DNA from: a virus
Reading direction: 5' to 3' (one strand)
DNA: 64,000 nt
IMG/VR virus record: IMGVR_UViG_3300034684_000299
Span: 1 to 64,000 of that record
Both the position numbers and the translations under genes were made by a program. Shown piece by piece: positions 57,001 through 64,000 of the stretch; position 1 is the first letter of the stretch; every line of letters begins with the position of its first letter. The notes below the pieces were generated by a model. It saw nothing but the letters and a program-made list of their open reading frames with translations, was not told the origin of the DNA and did not search any database.

Positions 57001-57190
57001 AAGAATAGAAACCATATATATGGATGAGAACAAAGTAATCATGAGGGGGAATTATTTGAAAGATCCTCCTCATGATATTGATGATTTAATAAATAGAATC
57101 AAAAATAATTTAATTTCTCCATCTGTACAAATATATTATAATGGATTTTCTATCAAAGGTAAGAATGGATATGTTAGATATTTTTATTGA
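56951..57190 (+). CDS. Hypothetical protein (about 70-79 aa)
   Basis: SD GGGAGG overlapping upstream gene end. Confidence 0.55.
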   Translation: MGGMIIMLLEVEIRNGKRIETIYMDENKVIMRGNYLKDPPHDIDDLINRIKNNLISPSVQIYYNGFSIKGKNGYVRYFY

Positions 57191-57470
57191 TAGTTGGACG
57201 TTCAGCTGAATTAACTATAATTAATTCATCTTTAGGACCTTTATGCAAGTACAAATAGCCCGGTTTTTTAAACATTATTCTGTAATTGGTTGTTCCAAGA
57301 CCGGGCATTTCTTTTATCTTAAAACTTCCTACCCCTTGAACTCTAAATTCTTTATGCTTTATCATTTCATCCCAAAAAATGTCTTTAAATACTTCCATTA
57401 CTTTTTTTACATCTTCATAATCAAGATTAGTTCTTTTAGCTATGGTATTCAACATTTCTTTGTGCAACAT
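57174..57470 (-). CDS. HU/IHF-like DNA-binding protein
   Basis: EMLNTIAKRTNLDYEDVKKVMEVF..EFRVQGVGSFKIK. Confidence 0.7.
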   Translation of the reverse strand: MLHKEMLNTIAKRTNLDYEDVKKVMEVFKDIFWDEMIKHKEFRVQGVGSFKIKEMPGLGTTNYRIMFKKPGYLYLHKGPKDELIIVNSAERPTINKNI

Positions 57471-57958
57471 TACAATTCCCCTCCAATTTTAAAAAATCTA
57501 TGATAAAAATTCTCTGCTACAGGAATTTCTATTACTTTATAATATTTAGTAAAAATATCTTGTGGCGTTTTACCTGCTGCTTCTAATTCTGATAATCTTT
57601 TTTTTGTTATATAAAACACTGCTTTATCAGATAAATCTCTTTCTCCAGCTATATATTTTTCTAATTCTCTATCTGCTATAAGCCCACACTGTATAAATTT
57701 TTCAACATCATAAGCTTTAGTAAGATGAATATTAGGTTTGTTCCAAGCATCAAAGTTTTTTGCAATCCCTCTTGGATCAGCTTTACCCTCTTTTCCACCT
57801 GTCCTATCAAACATGAATGCAGGATAAGATAGTTCATTTAAAAATACGTCTGCTATCATGGCTTTTTCCTCATCTGGACATATGGAAGCTTCTCCAAACA
57901 CTATTATTTGCAGTATTTTACTTATTTCTTTGTAATCGTTTCTATCACTATCTGACAT
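57470..57958 (-). CDS. SleB/Hydrolase_2-like cell-wall hydrolase
   Basis: IVFGEA..KAMIADVFLN, AVFY, HRFFK pattern. Confidence 0.6.
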   Translation of the reverse strand: MSDSDRNDYKEISKILQIIVFGEASICPDEEKAMIADVFLNELSYPAFMFDRTGGKEGKADPRGIAKNFDAWNKPNIHLTKAYDVEKFIQCGLIADRELEKYIAGERDLSDKAVFYITKKRLSELEAAGKTPQDIFTKYYKVIEIPVAENFYHRFFKIGGEL

Positions 57959-57999
57959 AATGTTGTAACCTCCTAAGTATTATTATTTCTACTTTTCGC

Positions 58000-58028
58000 T
58001 TGATTAAAAGCTAAAAATCTGATATAAT
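58000..58028 (+). promoter_or_regulatory. sigma70/sigmaA-type promoter upstream of dnaB
   Basis: TTGATT-N17-TATAAT with TGn. Confidence 0.65.
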
Positions 58029-58070
58029 TGAAGCAATGAGAACTGGTGCTTCAAAAGGGGGAAAACTCAA

Positions 58071-59435
58071 TTGCATTCCAACATTGAACAACAAATTTAC
58101 TCAGATGAAGAACAATTGATCACAGTTATATTATACAACTTCAAGAAGAATATGCCAGTAGTAGCTAACATCGTAACCCCAGATATGTTTTTGAACGAGA
58201 ACTATAAACGTATCTATGAATCGCTTCTCCTCGAATTTACGAAAGATCCAGATATACCATTAAAACAAGCCCTGAGTTATCACAATATCGGTATAGATTG
58301 GGACAAAATCACTAAGATAATAAACGAATTTTATTTCTCAATCAACAATGAAGAGGAAGAAGAAATAAAACAAATAGCACTTAAAGTAGCTGACCATGCA
58401 AAAGCAAGAAAACTCGTAAAAATGGTTAATGATTCAGCTCAAGAATTATCTAAAGGTGCATTAATAGATACAGTTAAAGATCATGTAACTAAAATCTTTA
58501 ACGAAATGAATAGAGAGATAAATCTTATTTCTCTCACTTCCCTCAACGAAAACTTATCGAAATTCCTTCAGGAATATGAATTCAAAGAAAAAATTATCAA
58601 AGAAGATCCAAATGCTTCCTTATTAGCTGGCGATTCTACAGGCTTCAAAATAATTGACCTGTGGACTTATGGGTTAAAAAAACAGGAACTTTGGATCATA
58701 GCAGGACGTCCTTCTATGGGAAAAACAGCACTTGGATTGAGAATAGCTTTTTTAGCTACGCAAAAATCACAGCAACCATGTTTATTTATATCTTTAGAAA
58801 CATCTGATGTTAATTTAGCTAAAAGATTAGTAATTATGGAATCACAAATTTCAAATGCTAAAATTTCCGAAGGCAATTTAACACCCGAGGAAAAAGAAAA
58901 GATGATACATTACATTACTTTGCTTGAAAATACTCCCCTGTATTTCTTAGATACAGGCTCAATAACCCCCAACGTTATTCGAAACGTCATAATTCAATTC
59001 AACGAACGTCATAGTAAACCTATACGTTATGTGTTCATAGATTACCTTCAACTTCTCAAGTCAGATGATAGAATTAGAAACAGACAAGAAGAAGTCAGTT
59101 CAATATCACGAGAGTTAAAACTTATTGCTAAAGAGTTTAACTTAACAGTTGTGGCCTTATCTCAATTAAGTAGAGAAGTTGAAAAAAGGCCAGATAACAG
59201 ACCTAAAATGTCGGATCTCAGAGAATCCGGAGCTATTGAACAAGACGCAGATATAATTTTGATGTTGTACAGAGAAGAATATTATTTATCGAAAAAAGAA
59301 CAAAGAGCAGAAAAACCACAAAGTTTAACCGAAATTATTCAAGTTAAATTCAAAGAAGGGGGTACAGGAACCTATCATCTCGCATTTGAACCTGAATTTA
59401 TGAGGTTCTCCCCATATGTAGATGATGAGGTTTAA
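58071..59435 (+). CDS. dnaB: Replicative DNA helicase
   Basis: IAGRPSMGKT, FIDYLQL, ALSQLSREVEKRPDNRP..SDLRESGAIEQDAD. Confidence 0.95.
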   Translation: MHSNIEQQIYSDEEQLITVILYNFKKNMPVVANIVTPDMFLNENYKRIYESLLLEFTKDPDIPLKQALSYHNIGIDWDKITKIINEFYFSINNEEEEEIKQIALKVADHAKARKLVKMVNDSAQELSKGALIDTVKDHVTKIFNEMNREINLISLTSLNENLSKFLQEYEFKEKIIKEDPNASLLAGDSTGFKIIDLWTYGLKKQELWIIAGRPSMGKTALGLRIAFLATQKSQQPCLFISLETSDVNLAKRLVIMESQISNAKISEGNLTPEEKEKMIHYITLLENTPLYFLDTGSITPNVIRNVIIQFNERHSKPIRYVFIDYLQLLKSDDRIRNRQEEVSSISRELKLIAKEFNLTVVALSQLSREVEKRPDNRPKMSDLRESGAIEQDADIILMLYREEYYLSKKEQRAEKPQSLTEIIQVKFKEGGTGTYHLAFEPEFMRFSPYVDDEV

Positions 59436-59493
59436 CTTCCGAATTCCTTCCCCAAAAATTTGATTTCCTAATTTCTAAAGAAAGGAGGAAAAG

Positions 59494-60405
59494 GTGCTTT
59501 TGTTTGAAATTATTCCGCACCTAATGTTTATGGTGGATAACAAGAATGAACGTATACCTTACAATATAAGATGTCCAGCCGAATGGGAACAATTAAAAAG
59601 CCCTATGAAACGTCTTATTAAGCAGTTTGAAACCACAGAATATTTTACTGATGACCAATTTAAATATATAAACAAAAGCATAGAATATTTAAAAACTAAA
59701 CTTCAAGATCCATTAGATAACGAAGCTATTATTAATCTTCTAATACCTTCCCTAAAACAAAGTCAAAAAGAATATAGTAGTATTAAAGAACTTTGGACTA
59801 AAACAATTAAGTACCTTCTGGAAAAATTCCCCGATTCCCCTTATTATAAGCAACAAGTTATTTACTCCATTTCAAGGCAGAATAATCAGAAAATAAAAAA
59901 GTTAAAAGAAGAAAAAGATATAAAAAGGGTTCCATATAAAAAGATTGTTGATTTATTTCAAAAAGTATTACCTAATTTCACCGTTGTTTTGACTAAAAAA
60001 GGTGAATTACCTTACAAAACTAAACAAAAAATCAAAATCACATGGCTGGAATATCAAAACTTTGATGATTGGAGTAAGGTTTTCGAAAAAGTCAAACAAA
60101 GTGAGTTTTTAACTAAAAAATGGAAACCTGATTTTGATTGGATAATAGAAATAAACAATTTCAGGAATATTTTAAATGGTAAATATGACAATATAACTAA
60201 CGTTGAAAAAAGCAAATTGACAAATAGGTATCAAAAAATCAATTCACAAAATACTGTTTCTTTAAATATCCCTAATTATTTAAAAAAGTTCATAAGGGAT
60301 AATACTTTGTATTTAAATGAACTTCGGAATTTTTCTAACGATGAAACTCTCATTAAACTAGCAGTGGAAAAAGCGAAGGAATATAATTTTAGTATTAAAG
60401 ATTAA
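59494..60405 (+). CDS. Phage replication initiator / replisome-organizer-like protein
   Basis: C-terminal SEFL..WKPDFDWII..NF..ILNGKYDN; sits between dnaB and a DnaC-like gene. Confidence 0.6.
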   Translation: MLLFEIIPHLMFMVDNKNERIPYNIRCPAEWEQLKSPMKRLIKQFETTEYFTDDQFKYINKSIEYLKTKLQDPLDNEAIINLLIPSLKQSQKEYSSIKELWTKTIKYLLEKFPDSPYYKQQVIYSISRQNNQKIKKLKEEKDIKRVPYKKIVDLFQKVLPNFTVVLTKKGELPYKTKQKIKITWLEYQNFDDWSKVFEKVKQSEFLTKKWKPDFDWIIEINNFRNILNGKYDNITNVEKSKLTNRYQKINSQNTVSLNIPNYLKKFIRDNTLYLNELRNFSNDETLIKLAVEKAKEYNFSIKD

Positions 60406-60426
60406 TTTTTTGCGGGAGGGGAATTA

Positions 60427-61188
60427 ATGGATAGAACAACTTTAGAAAAAATTGTTGAAAGTATAAAATCAAAACCTAATCTACGTTTATCAAATTATGA
60501 AGCCGCTATTGAACATATGAAACAAGAAAACTATTCATGTTTTGATACTTGTAATAAAATGTTTTTCCCAAAAGATGATATTCTTATTAAATGTCCTATA
60601 GCTACAAAAAGAGAAACAATTAGAAACAAAGAAGGGCATTTACCTTTAAGAACCAAAGAAATGTCTTTTGAAACATTTGATGTAAATAGAAATCCAGATG
60701 CCTTTTATCAATGTAAATTCTTTGTCGAAGATTATAAACAAAATCAAGATATTAATCTAATTTTATATGGTGATTTAGGTACTGGTAAGACACATTTAGC
60801 TATAAGTATTATGAAAGAGTTATTATATTTTTCAAATTTTGATAATATCGAATTTGAAGTTTTTACTAATTCGTATGAATTTCTGAAAGATACAGAAAGA
60901 TTAGAAAGGTTAAAAAATTGTGATTTATTGATATTAGATGATTTGGGAGCATTCCCACTAAATAACTGGGCTCTTGAAACCCTATACGATATAATTGATT
61001 GGAGATATAAAAATAAATTGAGCCATGTTATAACAACCAACATAGGTGTTGAAGCTGAGAGTTCTGAAGAATTTATAAATATATTCAGTAATCAATTAGA
61101 CCCTAGAATTACCAGTAGATTATTGCATAACTCCAATATAGTCAAATTAGAAGGATTAGATTCTAGACTAATAGGAGCTGATGAGTAA
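60427..61188 (+). CDS. DnaC/IstB-like helicase-loader ATPase
   Basis: LYGDLGTGKTHLA, LILDDLG, ITTN, RITSRL. Confidence 0.85.
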   Translation: MDRTTLEKIVESIKSKPNLRLSNYEAAIEHMKQENYSCFDTCNKMFFPKDDILIKCPIATKRETIRNKEGHLPLRTKEMSFETFDVNRNPDAFYQCKFFVEDYKQNQDINLILYGDLGTGKTHLAISIMKELLYFSNFDNIEFEVFTNSYEFLKDTERLERLKNCDLLILDDLGAFPLNNWALETLYDIIDWRYKNKLSHVITTNIGVEAESSEEFINIFSNQLDPRITSRLLHNSNIVKLEGLDSRLIGADE

Positions 61189-61706
61189 TGTACTTTCTAA
61201 ACACTTATCTTGAATATTTGCAAAGAGTATCACGCACCTATGTTTTCCCTGAGTACAAATTAGGAATTCATCGTGTTTTCTTTTTTGAAAATTTTTCTCA
61301 GTCTGAAAGAAAGATAATATTTATAACTCATACCTATCAAACATATGAAAGTTATTCATTATTAATACCGTTTGATTCATATGAAGAGTACAAAAAAATC
61401 ATGTTCAATTTGAAAAAATTATTATCTCCTGCTACATACAAGTTTTTGCTATCAACATCACAACTTTTTTTCAAAAACAACGACGCAGGATATAACCTGA
61501 CTTTATTGATCGCTAATTTTGATTTTGTACCGGGATTATCTGTTTTTGATAGAAGTGCTATGCCCTTAAATACTTCGACTAAAGATATAGACGATTTAGT
61601 TTTCCTATTTAATAAGTTAAAGGGCAATTCCGAATATCAAATCAACAATTCTCAAAAAAAATCAAACAAAGAGGGGGGCTTAATATTCAGTTTGAAAGGG
61701 AACTAA
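61188..61706 (+). CDS. Hypothetical protein (172 aa)
   Basis: TAATG overlap with upstream gene. Confidence 0.65.
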   Translation: MYFLNTYLEYLQRVSRTYVFPEYKLGIHRVFFFENFSQSERKIIFITHTYQTYESYSLLIPFDSYEEYKKIMFNLKKLLSPATYKFLLSTSQLFFKNNDAGYNLTLLIANFDFVPGLSVFDRSAMPLNTSTKDIDDLVFLFNKLKGNSEYQINNSQKKSNKEGGLIFSLKGN

Positions 61707-61714
61707 TAATAGAG

Positions 61715-62110
61715 ATGGATAAAGTACCTGTTTCAGTCAACTCTGCTTATAAAAGAGCAAAATTATCTTCAGGGAAACAAGGAATGTATATGACAAAAAA
61801 TGCTAAAAAGTATAAGGAAGAGTTAGCATGGATGGCTAAAGAAGTAGTTAAAAATAACAAATGGAAACTATTTGATGAAGAGCGGTTTTTCTTCGTTGAC
61901 CTTTATTATACATTCAAATCAAAACGATTTGTGGACCCAAACAACACCCATAAAATTACATTGGACGCATTAGAAGGAATAGTATTTGATAACGATAAGT
62001 GGGCTTTAACTCGTGATATGGGAGCTAAATTCGGTAAAAGAGAACATTTTACAATAGTTATAAGAATACCAGAAAATACTTATAAGGAGGTTATTGCCGA
62101 TGTTTACTAA
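61715..62110 (+). CDS. rusA: RusA-like Holliday junction resolvase
   Basis: PVSVNSAY, DPNNTHKITLDALEGIVFDND. Confidence 0.8.
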   Translation: MDKVPVSVNSAYKRAKLSSGKQGMYMTKNAKKYKEELAWMAKEVVKNNKWKLFDEERFFFVDLYYTFKSKRFVDPNNTHKITLDALEGIVFDNDKWALTRDMGAKFGKREHFTIVIRIPENTYKEVIADVY

Positions 62111-62324
62111 GCTTGAATTATTGGAACTTGCTAAAGTGCTTGATGAGGAATATTTGAATAATAAGTTTCAAGAAAGAGAAAATGTTGGAAAGTTTTTTCA
62201 TTCAAGAGAATTATTGGAAGAAATTGAGAAAGATATAGTTAAAGCACAGGAATTACATAAATTAATTGATGAATTAATAGAATATTTTGAAATAGAACCT
62301 TATATAGAGAAAAAAATCATATAA
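62094..62324 (+). CDS. Hypothetical protein (76 aa)
   Basis: SD AAGGAGG inside rusA 3' end. Confidence 0.6.
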   Translation: MPMFTKLELLELAKVLDEEYLNNKFQERENVGKFFHSRELLEEIEKDIVKAQELHKLIDELIEYFEIEPYIEKKII

Positions 62325-62359
62325 TTACCCGCCACGCTAACATACGAACCTCCTCCTAT

Positions 62360-62383
62360 CCCGCCTTCACGGGCGGGTTTTTT
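62360..62383 (+). terminator. Intrinsic terminator of replication operon
   Basis: CCCGCC/GGCGGG stem + TTTTTT. Confidence 0.75.
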
Positions 62384-62385
62384 CC

Positions 62386-62423
62386 AAAAAAAAAACGGGA
62401 GATTATCTCTCCCCTTTTTTTTT
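62386..62423 (-). terminator. Intrinsic (bidirectional) terminator of lysis/portal operon
   Basis: A10-GGGAGA/TCTCCC-T9. Confidence 0.75.
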
Positions 62424-62607
62424 ACATCTTAATTTCAAATCCAGCAAATATTTCTGCTTTTTTCTCTTCAAAAGGTTTTCTTACTCCACCACCAACACTT
62501 AAATTATCGTTCTTATCTAGCGGGACAAACAACCCAGCACCAATAGATTTGTTTGTCAATATTGCATCTGCATTTATCCTAAATCCACCTTCTTTGCCAG
62601 GGTCCAA
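62422..62607 (-). CDS. Small beta-strand-rich protein downstream of holin (frame open to 62703)
   Basis: Alternating pattern SIGAGLFVP, LSVGGGV, IFAGFEIKM; start uncertain. Confidence 0.5.
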   Translation of the reverse strand: MDPGKEGGFRINADAILTNKSIGAGLFVPLDKNDNLSVGGGVRKPFEEKKAEIFAGFEIKM

Positions 62608-62654
62608 GGTATACGCTGTCCAAGATACCCCTTCTTCTACCCCGCCTTTTGAAT

Positions 62655-62990
62655 CTAGGACTTTGGTTTGCCGAATTGTTTGTCCAGTATAAAAACCGCT
62701 GCTTCAATCGCCGCATTAAGTAATGTAGCATCAGTTTCTCCTACCGTTATTCCATGATTTTTTAAAATATCTGTCGCCATAGCCATCGCTTTTTCTTTCT
62801 TCTGCTCGCTTGTTAATTGTTCAGTTTCGCCTATTTGTTCTACCGCCAATACTACGTCTTGTGCTACTGTTTTTACAATATCTGATAAATCCATGAGCTT
62901 CTTTTTTTTGTCATTTGGAATCTTTGTACCAAGATATACTGCTGCTATTGCAATTAAAAATACTACTATATACATCACTATCTCACCCAT
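62655..62990 (-). CDS. Phage holin, LL-H-like family
   Basis: N-terminal TM helix; VLAVEQ..SEQKKEKA..LLNAAIEAAV. Confidence 0.75.
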   Translation of the reverse strand: MGEIVMYIVVFLIAIAAVYLGTKIPNDKKKKLMDLSDIVKTVAQDVVLAVEQIGETEQLTSEQKKEKAMAMATDILKNHGITVGETDATLLNAAIEAAVFILDKQFGKPKS

Positions 62991-62993
62991 TTT

Positions 62994-63479
62994 TTATTCC
63001 TCCTCTTTCAGTAATTTTATTTTTTCAAACCTTGATTCTTCTTCAAAAAAATCTTTTTCTAACATCATTTCTTCTTCAGTTTCTTCTTTAATTTCTTCTT
63101 TAGATTCTTCAGATTCTTCTTCTTTAACTTCTTCTAACTCTGTTACTGGTTTTTCTTTTTTGGATTCAGAATCTTTAGAATTTGTTTTCTCTTCAACTTT
63201 TTTCTCATAATATTCTAAAAATATTACTATTCCTACATTTGATGTGAATATTTTTTTATCTATAATTATATATTTATCGCCATCATTACTATGATTCATG
63301 ATATTTTCATATGTTTCTTTTTGTCTAGTATCAGAAATTATAAATTCATCACATTTGTAAATATAATTAGAATAAAAATCATTTGTGATATCATCAAAAT
63401 CATTTACTATCCGTGACATGGCAACTGCGGCTGGATCTTTTTCCATTTTAGACTGTTCCTTTTTTTTTACTGTATCCAT
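62994..63479 (-). CDS. Hypothetical protein with acidic tail (161 aa)
   Basis: SD AAGGAGG; E/K-rich C-terminus. Confidence 0.65.
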   Translation of the reverse strand: MDTVKKKEQSKMEKDPAAVAMSRIVNDFDDITNDFYSNYIYKCDEFIISDTRQKETYENIMNHSNDGDKYIIIDKKIFTSNVGIVIFLEYYEKKVEEKTNSKDSESKKEKPVTELEEVKEEESEESKEEIKEETEEEMMLEKDFFEEESRFEKIKLLKEEE

Positions 63480-63491
63480 TTTTACTCCTCC

Positions 63492-64000
63492 TTACATTGG
63501 GCTTGCTTCAGTATTTGGTGGTTTTACTTCATTCATCTTTCTTCTGTTTACCTGTCCACTAGCATTTGACTCCACCGATTGGTTCTCTGGTTCTTGTGGT
63601 GTCAAATTCAAAAGCTTAGATAAAATTGGATCTTTCAACAAGGTATTTTGAAGTACTAGGGCTGTATAATTGTTGGTAATTGATTTAAGCAAATCCTCTG
63701 GTATTTTATCAAATTGCCCTTTCATTATATAGTTTGCTATTTCATACAATTCAACGTCTTCTACATTAGGTTTTTCTCCACCTTGTTGTATAATTTTCTG
63801 CATTTGTACTTCACCTATAACTTGACGTAATTGTTGATAATATTGTGTCTCTATTTGCAATTTAGCCTTTGCTTCAGCTTCTTTCACCAAGTTTTCAGTT
63901 TCATGATTATAATCAAATCCAAATTCGTTAAGTAGTGTATTGTCAGATATTTTTCCCATAGAATTCATGTTCAATAACAAATCTTTTCTTATTGTATCGT
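63492..64000 (-). CDS. Probable portal protein C-terminus (gene starts beyond window end)
   Basis: Frame open to window edge: DTIRKDLLLNMNSMGKISDNTLLNEFGFDY..E, resembling portal C-termini from recall. Confidence 0.45.
   Translation of the reverse strand, partial: DTIRKDLLLNMNSMGKISDNTLLNEFGFDYNHETENLVKEAEAKAKLQIETQYYQQLRQVIGEVQMQKIIQQGGEKPNVEDVELYEIANYIMKGQFDKIPEDLLKSITNNYTALVLQNTLLKDPILSKLLNLTPQEPENQSVESNASGQVNRRKMNEVKPPNTEASPM

Noticed and set aside
64-60744. Short ORF-track entries antisense to, or nested in, long genes (e.g. 64-258, 1036-1338, 20188-20388, 39846-40229, 62893-63210)
   Set aside because: Shadow frames of real genes or of omegaRNA, without SDs or motifs.
1-64000. Stop-codon recoding or tRNA genes
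   Set aside because: Long ORFs are intact under the standard code with TAA, TAG and TGA all used as stops; no tRNA cloverleaf recognised by eye.

Overview
This is a 64-kb AT-rich segment of a large tailed (probably contractile-tailed) bacteriophage genome in standard genetic code; no cellular housekeeping context is visible. (1) 1-33.6 kb, minus strand: tail/baseplate operon with three 7-bladed RCC1-repeat proteins whose variation concentrates at two loop sites per repeat, several large FN3/lectin-like virion proteins, a tape-measure protein and a G/GT chaperone pair with an AAATTTT -1 slippery site. The operon carries three different IscB-omegaRNA (IS200/IS605) elements plus a 36-bp IS scar, all co-oriented and all at gene ends or junctions. 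Removing the two complete elements and the scar restores a TAATG overlap or a Shine-Dalgarno. (2) 33.7-46.2 kb, plus strand: central spike, a K-x-A-motif-rich protein, and a single-chain beta-beta' RNA polymerase (2611 aa). The polymerase exteins contain no cysteine, lack both Zn sites, and are split right after NADYDGD by a LAGLIDADG intein ending in the atypical Gln-Asp. A glycine-zipper protein follows. (3) 46.3-62.3 kb: replication/recombination genes (DnaG, SNF2, Gp3-like protein, PD-(D/E)XK nuclease, Nudix, HU-like, SleB-like hydrolase, DnaB, initiator, DnaC-like, RusA) behind sigma70/sigmaA-type promoters. (4) End of window: holin and a probable portal C-terminus. Four virion-operon genes have an SD-hairpin-AUG initiation architecture. 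All family calls are from motif recognition by eye; no database search was run. The host is undetermined (strong AAGGAGG SDs, TGn promoters and an LL-H-type holin suggest a low-GC Firmicutes- or Thermotogae-like bacterium).
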